64,000 bases of DNA from Lingula anatina (taxonomy: Eukaryota > Animalia > Brachiopoda): positions 32,693,967 to 32,757,966 of the forward strand of contig CM120640.1 in the NCBI GenBank assembly GCA_051362555.1, in the 5' to 3' direction. The notes under the pieces are model-generated. The model was not told where the DNA came from, searched no databases, and was given only the letters and a program-made list of their open reading frames with translations. Each line of letters begins with the position of its first letter. Positions within the stretch are counted from its first letter, which is position 1. A program made the translations under genes and the position numbers. Below, piece after piece: positions 1 through 12,100 of this stretch.

Positions 1-3000
1 TGGCACTGAATAAAGCAAAGAGGGTCCACATGTCCATCTTCTCTACAAATTTTGCCTGAAGTTAGATAGTGTCTTTATTTATATCATCTATCATATCCAT
101 TTCAAAATTGTAGTCAAATAATATGTTATAATATTAATAAATTAACACATGTATAAAATCTCATGATGTAATATCTTAAATCTGATGTGTGAGGTTAACA
201 GATGTGAAAATACTGCAAAATTTCTCAATAATATCTGACTGCAAGGGTATTTATATCAGTTGCCTGATAAATGTACATTCTTTATAATAAGATTGAATCA
301 TGGACTCAATGACATAAATGAACAACTTACTAATGGCCTCATTTCTAAGCTCCTCAGTTATTGGTACAGGATGTGGAGCATCATGAGACAAGTATTTGGA
401 ATATATGCAGACTGCATCTTTTTCTATACCTTCAAATAATAACAAAAAAAAAACTTTACAATAAGAATGTGTCATTTTCTTTTTTCATTTTCTATTGGTA
501 CAGGATGTGGAGCATCATGAGACAAGTATTTGGAATACATGCAGAATGCAACTTTTTCTATACCTTAAAGCTTAAAAAAACTTTACAATAGGAATGACTC
601 ATTTTCTTTTTTTCTTTCTTTTTCAATGAAAACAATGGATATCAAATTATCAATTACACAGATTCGGTTAAGGAATATAGACACTCACTTTTCCTGAGTT
701 TGTCTCCCAGATTATCCTTTGAAGTTATCCTTCCTGGACTAGGTTTCTGCTGAATATGTTCCCCCTGAGCACCATGACCAAGTCTATCTTTTGCATCTTT
801 GCAGTCTTTGTTTTCATCACTGTTAGAATTATGTCCTGTCACAGTATCACTTACTGTTTGCACATCATTTCCGGATTTGGCATTATCCGTATCCGACTTT
901 TGCCTTTCACTGTTAGCACAATCAGTGTCCTGTGGTTTGTGCTGTGGTTTCTTATTGCTGTCATCCTCTGATTGCACATGTTCACCAGAACCAGCTGGTG
1001 GTTGTTTGGACCGTTCTAGTGTGGAATTCTTTCTCAGTGTCTGCAAAGAGTGAGTTCTAATTCGGCTATATGAAGATGCCTGGAAACTCTCAGCATCTAA
1101 CCAAAATTTGATGAGATGAACTGCATGTTTTGAATCCATGAACTGAATGAAGTAAGCCAAGGCATCCTTGTCATGTAGCACCTCATGAATGGTTTTAGAC
1201 AGACGGGAAGAAGTGACTATAGGATCTGTATTCTGAGAGCTAAACCCTGCAATAAAGCAAACACACCATGCTTAGTATAAATGTTTTAGCATTCATATAA
1301 CATAATTTTCATAAGAATATATCAAATATCTCTAAAAGCTTTAAGGGTTAAAACTACCCTATATTTACAGATTCAATTATTTCAAATTGAAAATGACAAC
1401 AGGAATAATAATTTAAAATACAGTCAAAAGCACTTCAAGTAAATTTTTGCAGGATTAAATTTAGCAGAAAAAAATACGACTAAAAAATCAAATATATGAA
1501 AAAATGCACATAAAGACTTATCGAAACTCTTTAACCTCTACATAAACTGACCTAGATCTCCCCCTGTGTTATCTATGTGGCTGGCAGACCTAAGTAACAT
1601 AGGCTTCGGCACAGAACCACTAGGTTCTTTAAGAGGGTTATCAGGAATTCCTTCAAATAAAATTATGTTAGTAGTATAACGTAAGTGTGAGAATCATTTA
1701 AAGAACTAATTTCGTACTTATTTATTAGTAAATTTTATATAAAAGCTGCTGTAGAGTACAACTAAGTCTGTCTTTGAACTTCAGCCGTACAGAAAAAAAA
1801 AGCTATCAAATCACAACAAACAAATGAAAAATAACCATTTACTAACTTTATGCATCTTGCATATTTACTAATTTGAAGTTATGGTTTCCATGCAATTGAC
1901 AATATTATCCTTTTGGTAAAATCATGACATGAGTAACCCATGCATTGAAAAAACAATTTTAACAACCTAACAAAATTGCAAATCAATTTACTTATTAGTT
2001 ATTTATTATAGTTAAATCTTAACAAAAATACATAAGAACAGAAAACATAGCAAAACATAGCAGAAAACATAGTCAAGAGATTAACAGGCATTATTTCTAT
2101 ATTTGCTGTATACCTATGTCTCCATTTGGTGATGTTGGACTACGCTGTAGCTGGTAAGCTTTAGATGCCATACCAGTTATCTCTTTAGCACCCTGTACAG
2201 GAGATGGTTTGTTTGGCATTTTAGCTGTAGTAGCTTTATCTCCCTTGGATTTAGCTAGAATGAAAAAACAGGAAGCGATTATGTGACAGTGAGCCAGACA
2301 TAAACAGTAGCAAGGCTTTATGTATGTATATGTATGTATGTATGTTGTATCCTTGAAACTCTGACAGTTGACTGATAATGTATGTGATAACAGTCAGAGT
2401 TCATAACTAAGGGTCTAGAAATTTATCAGTGGACTGGCATTTGATTGCGTGATTATATGGGAAAATACATATCAATGAAAAGTATAGCATTCGTGTACAT
2501 AAAATTAATGAGCAAAGACTTATAAAGCCAAAACATTATTTTAAAAACTCAATTATTCAATATTGAGTAGTTGTTCAAAAGGGAACCTACATACGTTTTG
2601 GTATTGACAATGTAATTTTTTCGGTCACATCCCCTTAGGTCTCTGCATATTTGCTCACATGCACAGTATGCACAGTACTCCCCCACCTCAATTATAGCAA
2701 AATATGCCAAATAGTTACTCAATGTTAATTCTAAAACCCTTTCTTTAAATACTTGGAGCCAAAAGTGAAAAAAAAAATTTGAATCATCATTCTAAACCAA
2801 TCAATGGAAGTAGCAATGTAGGTACTATCATAATTTCTTTTGCTTGAGAGAGTGACGTTACAAGAAAGCTATGATGTGGTGGAGTAATATAAAGCAATAG
2901 CAGCATATAATCCAGTTAAAATTATATCATTTGGTTTATGTCCACTCATTGCATAAACGAGTATGAGATAACATATATTCTTCAATAAATTCAAAGGCAA

Positions 3001-3234
3001 AATTAGTTTCCTCATTGTACATAACCAACAGTAGCAGCTTTTAATGGGTTAAAACAAAAAGCTATGACTGCATTAGTGAAAATAAATCTACATCAGTGGC
3101 AATAACGAATATTGGAGGTTTAATCTAAATCGTTACACTAAAATACCAAAGTCAAACACATGTTGTGATTTTAAATTAAACTTGAATTCAACTTGACAAA
3201 CAATCTCACTTGATTTCCGTCCAAATAAAGGCAT
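1..3234 (-). CDS. AKAP10: A-kinase anchor protein 10 (D-AKAP2, RGS-domain AKAP), 5' portion; gene continues beyond the left edge
   Basis: Phase-consistent GT-AG exons: 3234-3210 (MPLFGRKS), 2254-2114, 1650-1552, 1246-689 (SRLSKTIHEVLHDKDALAYFIQFMD...IKFWLDAESF, RGS-like), 429-331 (SIEKDAVCIYSKYLSHDAPHPVPITEELRNEAI), 55-1 (KICREDGHVDPLCF). These segments match the split first RGS domain of AKAP10 as I recall it. Confidence 0.9.
361..615. repeat. ~134-bp tandem duplication covering the 5' part of an AKAP10 exon plus its upstream acceptor
   Basis: ttggtacaggatgtggagcatcatgagacaagtatttggaata occurs at 361 and 495; the copies differ by several substitutions. Confidence 0.9.
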
Positions 3235-3385
3235 AGTTTCTGCGCCTTTTGTGATATCTTGTTATCTCCACTGTAGTTGCTCTAGCAAGAGCTTTTTGCA
3301 AAATACTATAACCGCATCTCACTGGTGTTAAAAACTATGTAAACGAACACATTTTTTCAGACTGTCTGCAGCAAGCGTACGGAGG

Positions 3386-3397
3386 TCGCCATGTTGT
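3386..3397 (-). promoter_or_regulatory. YY1-like motif in the probable AKAP10 promoter/5' UTR
   Basis: Minus strand CAACATGGCGAC fits the YY1 core AANATGGC, in a CpG-enriched patch ~150 bp upstream of the ATG. Confidence 0.4.
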
Positions 3398-6300
3398 TTC
3401 CGCCAGGTGCAGCAAATGCAATGTCCCCATTGGAAATTGAACTAGCAAGTTCAACTAACACAATGGGTGCTGAGACACGAACTTAATTCCATGATATGCA
3501 GGCAAAATTAAATCAATGTTTTTGTTTCTGTAGTATTCCACGAACAATTTGAAGTACGTATCTGTGGGAATAGTGTCATACGTTTAATCAAATTAACTGC
3601 GATCAATGATAATTCAATGACACTGCGTCTAACATTTTCATTTTATTGACTGTGGAACTTATAGTAGACCTATAGTACATGTATATATCCAGTTCTATTC
3701 ACAGTAGTTTGGAGTCAGGTGCTGAATCATGTGTTCACAACATGATGGTAGAAAACACTGAGGTTATTTGCAAAAAATAAAAATAAAAATAAAAAAAAAA
3801 ATAAATAAAACCCCTCATATTAAGACTACGATTAGATCAATTCTTGTTGGAGTTTATGTATTTGGTGCGGTTCAGTATTAATTTCTAGTGCATGGGAGCT
3901 GAATTTGAATTATTATTATTATTATTATTATTGCTGGACATGTTAATTAAGGCGTTTAGCCATCCTTAATATTCGGTGTGATATTATTTTTGATGCAATT
4001 GGATAGTGATTATTTAATTTAAATACATATTTGCCTGGTTCTCACATATTTCATTTACTTGGCTGAATTTTTTTTTTTATATACCCACAATTGTATAATA
4101 TTCAAAACTGTTTCTGTAAACATTATTTATGTGATGATCTGATTTTAGTGAGACATATGGACCTAATAACCAAAGACTGGTTATTTTGTCAGTCTGGTCT
4201 GAAATTTTTTGTTGTATAATCAAAGGAAAATTCCCAAATTCTCAAATAGTTGCCAATTCACTTGCTCAGGGTTTTTTAAAAGAATACTATTCATAAACTT
4301 CCAATGCTAACAATATTTAAGGTCTTTTTGCCAATCAATGCAATATAACTACATCAATGGTCAATAGCTAGGTGACCCAAAAGCCTTAGTATTATAACTT
4401 TAACATTCCCAATTTTTAGGTGTACTTGAGACTGATTGTTCAGGTGATCTATATAATTATTATAACTAATCATGATGGAATTGTCTCCTTTGTTCAATGG
4501 CTTGAAGTTGTGTTACAATAGTTCTGTTTTCAAGTTATCCAAAGCAAGAAGCATCTATTGCCTGACAGGGACATTTGGTAGGCAGGACACTTGCATAATA
4601 TTTGAGTGCCTTTTTAGCCCAACCTCACACTCTTATTGTTCTCACAATACCAACCACACCTTCCTTTCCCTTCACACTGAAAAATAAATACACATTGTCC
4701 CCATAGCCTAACAAATGACTATAATACTAGTGTAGTGAAATTGTCTCTGTTCAGCAACTGGCAATACAAAATTACAATATACCCAAGTGGAAATGTAACC
4801 TTTACACATGAATAATTCAGAACCTCAGATGGCAATGAAGCATTTAATATGTGGTTTATTGATGAAGGGGTTAAAAGGGAAATTCTACATTTTCTCACTA
4901 GATCTGGCTCATATTTTCCCTTCAACAGATATTCTGTATAACTCAAAACACCACACCGTGTACATTTAATTTAAAATCTTTTAACCAAAAATATGTGACG
5001 TTTGTAAGTAGCACGTCTGCTTGAGATTACTAAAAAACACTTCAGTGAAAATATTTCTTTATTTGAAAACATGTAAGCAACTGAGAGCTTACAAAGATAA
5101 ATCTGCAGATCATTAACACTTTCAATTTGCCAGTGCAACTCAAATAAATGACTTTGTTTTAAAAACAAATGCATCATTAACTGAAAAAGAAAACTGAAAA
5201 AGAAAATCAAAATTAATTTATAAAAAAAAAGTGAACCAATCTAGCACCTAAGCTACTGAATTATGTAAACAGATTGGGTTTTTGCATAGCATGGTCTCCA
5301 GGGTTGTCTTAATGAACAGCCAACTGTTCAAACACAAAAAACTTTTAAATGCAGAAGTTACTATGTAAAAGTATGAGATTACGTGAAAACATGACTACTG
5401 AACAGCAGTGAACTATAGTGGTATTAACTTATCTCAATCAGTGTTATATCGACCCCCCTCTTAAGATTAAGAACAACAGCATGTTATAAACACTACCTTT
5501 GCTCCAACTCCCTCTTATTAACCCCATTTTGATAAATGCGAAATGTTGCATAATAATGCCAGCAACTGAAGCCATTTGCCCATTTTGTGGCATATACAAA
5601 TTTTTTAACCATAATTCTTCATTTTCAAAAATTACCTGACAATAAAAATATATTTTGGTATATATGTGACTAAAAATTGACATAACACTGATAAATCTTA
5701 TCAATATTTTCGAAAATAAGTAATATTTGCACTAAAACTTCTAAATCTTATTTTGCTACTAATTTTGAATGTATTCTTCTGCACTATGTAAAAAAAATAT
5801 CAAAATAAATAATTTCCTACTGGGAACATTATTTTGTTCTAAATGCCAGGAAAATGAAATTCCTACAGAACAGAACGGCTCACAAAAATGCACACTTAAA
5901 ATTAATCACCATATTTAACACTATCATGACCAACAAGCACAATCCATCTGCATATATTTCAAGGGGCAAAAGCTTAACAACAAAATAATTACATTTTTTT
6001 TTAGTAATGTTGCAATTCCATTAGGAATAAAAATGCATATATCAATTTAAGGAATGCCTGTAACAGATCTCTCCAATTACTTAAACAATAAGAGCATGTA
6101 CATTTTTAAAATATAGTTTTTTTTTCATATAATATGCGCAATTTAATTGTTTGTATGGTAATTACTTCATTAATTCAAACTGTGCACAATTTTTCTCAAT
6201 GTTTTCTAATTTACACTTTACACTTTTTAGATTTGAATTAAAAAGTCTGAAAAGTGAAATGGCTTCATATCAGAAGTACACATGTTTCTGGAATGATTTA

Positions 6301-6702
6301 TTCAAAACTACAAAAGAAATAAAATATTAGAAAAAGTGTGCAGTTTGTACATCATAAGTAATTACTCTCTGATAAGTTGCTTCTAATAAAATATTTTTTA
6401 AAAAATTAACCACGCAGATATAAAGTAGAGAATGTTTCCGTGATATAGGAATGTAAATACGATTACTGGAAATAAGATAATACATGTAGATAAAAAATAT
6501 TACCAGCAGTTAAACATCTGACAATTAGTTATACCTCTAAATTGTGCAAGTAAAATTATGCAATTATTGACATGGTCTGTTAATTCACAGTGACACGACT
6601 AGAGATATTGGAAACTTGCACATAATGTAAGCCAAAATATCTGGCCATTTCATCTATAGATATTTTCACGGACATAAATGACAACACCAGTGGACAGCAT
6701 CC

Positions 6703-8070
6703 TCAATGATATACTTCCAAATTTGGCATACCCCACAGAGATATATTCATTGCCTTTGCCATCTTGGCAAGACCCTCTGTCTCGATGTGATGATCAAATA
6801 TAAATGGGGGAAATATAAGACCTTGCTTGTGATGAATAGCTTTTATCAACAGAACACATCCTCCAACCCCATCTATTTGAACTACATCTCCTTCAGATTT
6901 TAAATCTGGTAAAAAGAGCCTCTCACTCTGATCATATCCTTCTAGCATGAGATAATCTGGAGATCGAACTTTCTGTAGGGCAAGAGAGGACTTGGTTTCA
7001 CGCCATGTATTTCTGTCATAGAGATGAACATCACCTCTCTCATCCATTGACATGCAACTTGGAACCACCACGTCTTTTTTTGCAGCCAAAAGTTTTTGTA
7101 TCAAGTCACTTGGAAAACTGGTTACATCACTGTCTATCCATAGTGCCCAGTCTTCATCTCTAAGTCCTTCAAATATCAAATTGTTGCGTGACTTAGCCAA
7201 GTGGGAGCGTCTTTTTAACTGAATTGATTTCCTGTGGATTTCTGACCAGTCTTGCTTTATATAAAAATTATCACTGAAATGGAAGAACTGGACTCTACGA
7301 AACTCGTGTTTCAGTCTATCTACTACAACCTTGACTTTTTCAAGAGTCCCATCTCCACTTGAGTCTTCTCCAAACATGACAGAGATCAGACTGTGTGGGT
7401 AAGACAAAGACCTAATAAGGTTAGCATAGCGATCTAGCCTACTCTCAGCATTAGCTATTGGAGTAAGTATAGCAATTTTGTCTACGTACTGAGGTGACTG
7501 AGGTACAGTGCCCTTCGAACTACTGGTTTCTTGCACGACCACTGAATTTTCCTTTTGACTTGAATCTTGGTTCTTGACATCAAAGTCACTCAGCAGAATT
7601 TTCATCTCTTTTGCAAGCTTATCTAATCTGTTGTTGATATTTGCTGCATCCTTGTTAGTTTTAGAATCACCTGGTTCTGATTCTTGATTTGTGAGCATTT
7701 TCTGGGAGACAAATTTTTTATCATCAGCACCAAATACATCTTGCTTATTCCTCACAACAGGGCCACGGCCATGTAACTGTTCTCTTTCCCAGTCATCTAT
7801 GACAGTCATCATCCCACCATGATCTGGCAGCTTCAAAACTGAAGTTCCATCACCCTGAGGTACATATTCATTATCTTCTTTTTCTTTGTAAAACTGATCG
7901 TCTGGTTGCTGAAGTTTTCTTTTTTCCCATATTGGAGGAGCCAATATAATTCTTGTTTCGTCTGGATCTTCTTTTGTCCCCGATGAACTTACAAAATAGA
8001 GTAAGAGCCAGCAAAACACCAAGGCTAAGGCCAAAAGTAAGGCAAGCTTGCCGTGTCTATGAAGCCTCAT
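6703..8070 (-). CDS. Anp1/Mnn9/Van1-family (GT62) glycosyltransferase, type II membrane protein, 455 aa, single coding exon
   Basis: MRLHRHGK followed by hydrophobic anchor LALLLALALVFCWLLLYFV, a low-complexity stem, then RRSHLAKSRNNL, a DxD motif (WALWIDSDV), DGVGGCVLL and C-terminal HHIETEGLAKMAKAM...GMPNLEVYH, all typical of the Anp1 family. The upstream Met at 8169 probably lies in a 5' UTR intron (donor gtaagt at 8244, acceptor at 8123). Confidence 0.88.
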   Translation of the reverse strand: MRLHRHGKLALLLALALVFCWLLLYFVSSSGTKEDPDETRIILAPPIWEKRKLQQPDDQFYKEKEDNEYVPQGDGTSVLKLPDHGGMMTVIDDWEREQLHGRGPVVRNKQDVFGADDKKFVSQKMLTNQESEPGDSKTNKDAANINNRLDKLAKEMKILLSDFDVKNQDSSQKENSVVVQETSSSKGTVPQSPQYVDKIAILTPIANAESRLDRYANLIRSLSYPHSLISVMFGEDSSGDGTLEKVKVVVDRLKHEFRRVQFFHFSDNFYIKQDWSEIHRKSIQLKRRSHLAKSRNNLIFEGLRDEDWALWIDSDVTSFPSDLIQKLLAAKKDVVVPSCMSMDERGDVHLYDRNTWRETKSSLALQKVRSPDYLMLEGYDQSERLFLPDLKSEGDVVQIDGVGGCVLLIKAIHHKQGLIFPPFIFDHHIETEGLAKMAKAMNISLWGMPNLEVYH

Positions 8071-8299
8071 CTTACCAGCGTGGTGGATTTCAAACAATGT
8101 GAAGCACGAAGTTCCTTTCCCGCTGAAATAATACAAAGTGAATGTACATATTCGAAACAAATGTTTCATCCGCTGTAAAATTATTAGAGGTGACAGGAAT
8201 GAGAGGGCAACCTTCTAATATCGAAAAAAACACCGTCAACTTACTGTAACGTTACATGAACTTCACTGCAGTGCAAGCGCAACTCATTTACTTTTTCTC

Positions 8300-8810
8300 T
8301 ACTCCTCTAGAAACACGTTGGCGCCGAACTTAATTTAACAAGAGAATAAGAGCTCAGAAACTATGCCAAATACTATTGCAGTAATTCTTCGTCAGAACTG
8401 ATGTGAACTAACAATGGGTTTTGAACTTACAACATAGCTGAAGACGTCAAAACGGCGCTGTCTGCCGCCTCAGCAGCGAACTACCAGCAGAAATGGATTA
8501 CCAATAGGTGTCTACCCTCTCTTTATTTATTTCAAGACTGTCCAAAACCAAGGTTTTATTCTCGAGACCTCATAATATTTATCTTTGGTGGCATTGTAGC
8601 CTTTATCTCATAAAAGTTGAATTAGATTCCTCACCACCCAGATTATGATGTAAACGAGACACTGATAGATTTAATACGGTCTGCTTCAATTTTTAGCCAA
8701 TAGTCGGCCCTTCCTTTCGAGTGCCCTTGAAGGCGGCCATTTTAAATGATATAAACTATGGCTTTTGAATGAAAACAGATTATATATCCTTATTATCAAA
8801 TGTAGAGCAG
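8300..8810. promoter_or_regulatory. Bidirectional promoter between the GT62 gene and ESPL1, with CCAAT boxes, a CDE/CHR element and an E2F-like site
   Basis: CpG-enriched. TTGGCGCC at 8318-8325; CCAAT at 8501 and 8697; GGCGG-ccat-TTTAAA at 8732-8746; TTTGAA at 8764-8769. A probable non-coding first ESPL1 exon ends at 8810 (CAG|gtaatt). Confidence 0.6.
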
Positions 8811-9140
8811 GTAATTGTCTTTTAAAAGTTTTTCAGTGAGTTTCAGTTATTACCAATTGTGTATATTTGGATAACTTGCATTTAAATTGATTTGACTGCA
8901 AGCTATTTAGTTTGTCGTCTTTGGAATCTTGACCGTCTGCCACCAACTTGACCAAGACTGCTTTAATTCAAAACAGCCTCATCTTACCTTCGTCTGTAAG
9001 ATATAATTTTCTGATACTTTTGAATACATATCTGACATGATTTAAGTATACTCCGTCATACAGGTCTCTGATGTCTATCAGGAAACCAACGTTTAAAAAC
9101 CAAGGTTTTAATAATAGAATCTTTCTAATTTAATTCTAGA

Positions 9141-12100
9141 ATGGCTGGTGAATTGATTATAGAGGATCTGAAGAATGGCCAGATTCACAGCCTAGGGTTA
9201 CTGTTAAAGGTAAGTATAATTCGCTTTAAATGCTGTTGTTTACTGTAATGAAGTGAAATCCAAGGAAAGTATAAATAATTGATAAAAAAACTCAAACTAA
9301 TTGTCTTTATTTATAAGAGACTTAATATGTTTTGATCTCATACATAAATGTCTAAGATGTGATACAAGTAAAATGCATCTAGAGTCTAAATGAGAGTGTT
9401 TCATCCTATTTTTCTAGGATTATCTTGGCCCTCTCTTGGAAAACCCAGATGTGTTTTCAGCTACAGAAAAGTCCCATTATGGCATGTTTTGCGTTCGTTT
9501 TCTACATGCCAGTGTGGTCACACTGGATGCAGTGAAAGCCAGTGTTGTGGATGAACTGTGGTCTTCTATTGAATCCTGTTTACAGTGTATCCATCAAACA
9601 TGGGAACATTTAAATTTTAAAGAGCCACTGACAGTACAGAAAGTGGTCTATCACATTTTAACTAGAGGATCAAAGAAGGTAATTATTTTTAGCAAGTGTC
9701 AAATCACATGACTTTGAGTAGTATGTCATTAACATTTAGAACTGTCCTTAGTTTCAATTTTTCTAATAAGTAAAAGTGAAATATGTCTTTGAAATATGGA
9801 ATATGTGTCAGATAGTAGATTTTCTCGCTTTAATTCACAGGTTTCTCTTCGGTTTGTATTGGAACTTGCCCAGCATCTCTTCAAACTGCTGAAAACAACA
9901 ATATTGGATAGCAGCGAGAGCCAGACATTTCTTTCCATTGTTAAAAACTGTTATGCAACCTTATGGAATTATGCCATGCAGGGAGAGAATGGATCAAATT
10001 CGTTAGAGATGCTGATGATAAGACAACTTGCATTGCAGTTTTACACATTACAAAACAGAGATCCTCATGAGCTGGTGGAAAAAGTCAAGGTTGTTTTAAC
10101 AAGATGTGTGATAGGAAGAAAAATGCTACATGATCAGCTAATTGATTGCTGCATGAGGTTTCGCAAATCTGTGACAGATGTGCTTGGGGAAATGATAGCA
10201 GAGAGTCATCAAAATTCTGATCAGATGCTGGAGTGTCAGAAAGCATTCTTGTTGACTGAGGTTTATTTCATACAGTTTTTAATGAAGTGCAAAGCTACAG
10301 ATAAGGCAACACTGCTAATCAAGGACGTTAAAAATCAAAATGAAGAGGGCTATTCATCTAGACCCAAGGATAGTGCTAATTTTGTTTCAGAAGTATGTGT
10401 GTCTGTATGTGAAGCAGCTGTGCTTGTGAAAGAAATCCCGCTGATGAAATTTGAGGGGTTACAAAAACTCTGGGACAATTTAAACTTGGATATAAAAGAA
10501 ATGGCCAGTGTGCTTAGGGAACAGAAAAATACCTTAAGTACGGAAAGTGCAATCCTTGAATCATGCTCTCTTCTGAAAGCTGAATTAGACGTCCTAGTGA
10601 AGTCAAAGTGTTTTCAAGAAGCTACCTCAGAGGTCATAGACAGTATAGCACAGTTTATGGAAACCTACATTACATTGCTAAGGTATTGTATGCAAATTAG
10701 TTTGTGGTATTTTAAAAGTAGGATGTAAGACATCTTGACTGGCATTAAGATTTAATCTGTCATTATAATTATAACAGATTCTTGTTAGTATATTGTTTGT
10801 CCCTCTTAAGGCTGACAAGTTGAAACACTTATTCAATATTGAAATAGATTTTCTTTAGTTAAATTTTCTGATATAATATGCTTATCTAGAAATCATTTCT
10901 TCTTTTTCTTGTATACCTTGTAATTAATTTTTTAGAGAAAACTGTCTAAAGCAAGACTTGGGCAAGAAATCAAGCCAGATATTGAAAGGCAAAGAAATTG
11001 AGGCTCGGACCCTACAACTGACTGTTCTTTTGGAACGACTAATCAGGACACAAAGTGAGAAAAAAAGGAAGTACTTCCTGTTGCCATATTTCAGTTGATG
11101 AAATATTTACATTCTGAAGGTCATTTACTTGCTTGTAATTGTGCACACTTACTCTGAAAGATATTGTCACTTTGTTAACTTTCATGCTTATTCACTTTGT
11201 GTAGGGTCACCACTTGCTCAAGGGGAATCTAAAGGAGATCTCACAAAAGATACTAACAGGAGTTATGTGCAAAAGCAGTGTCTTCAGGCAGTTAAGGATT
11301 TGGAAATGTGCTACACTTCAGTAGAGAAGACAAGAAAATGCAGCATGACAGGACAAGAGCATTACTTTTTAGGTTTGTTTTAAAGTATACTTTAGGGTGG
11401 CAAAAGTGACATAATTGCAAACAATTGTCCAAGAAGCACAAGCAGATAAAAAACTAAAGACTGTTTGTTGTGAAGTGCTTATTCAGTTTGTTTGACATGT
11501 TTGTTACATGCCTGCATTCATAATGCTTTGTTATTTTTTTTTTAATTAGGCTTCCATGCATACAAATTTGCTGGTCATTTTTTTATGAATGCTGAGTACT
11601 CCCATGCAGTGGACTTCTATCAGTTTGCCTGTGAGCACTTTGCAGCATGGAGCAAATCTGATTCTGACAGTCAAAAGGTGTCTGAGGTAGAGTATCTTTA
11701 CTCAACGCTCAAAATGTAAAGATGATAATTTATTGAATTTTGTTTTTTATTGTATTATTCATTTTGTAAATTAATAACAGGCTTTTAAATCAAATTGTAT
11801 TTCATTATTTAACATATAAGATTAACTGAAGCCATGAATTTCAACGTAATTTTAACTGAAATGTAAGGCAAAATGCAAATTGGCTCTATCAGTGGTCAAA
11901 AATAGTTTAAATTTAAATGTTGACATGTATTTGCAGTTTCAGCTGTACAGGCGCTTTGAGTATCTGGCAGAGAGTTTGCGTAGGTGCGGCAGGTATAAGG
12001 AAGCAATGGAGGCTGTTGTTCAGGGCGTTCTGTTGGATCAGGGTCCATGTAACCACAAATCTGCAGCAGAAATATGGGTGAAGATTAAGAGGGATATTTC

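Noticed and set aside
4131-4202. C/D box snoRNA-like pattern (GTGATGA ... CTGA, ~72 nt)
   Set aside because: No convincing terminal stem, no recognisable antisense guide to rRNA, and not inside an intron of a plus-strand host gene.
8071-8169. 33-aa N-terminal extension of the GT62 ORF given in the ORF track
   Set aside because: Probably 5' UTR/intron sequence; the Met at 8070 gives the typical short basic tail plus membrane anchor.
8784-8793. ATATCCTT resembling a U12-type 5' splice site
   Set aside because: No matching U12 branch site or AC acceptor; a normal GT donor at 8811 explains the structure.
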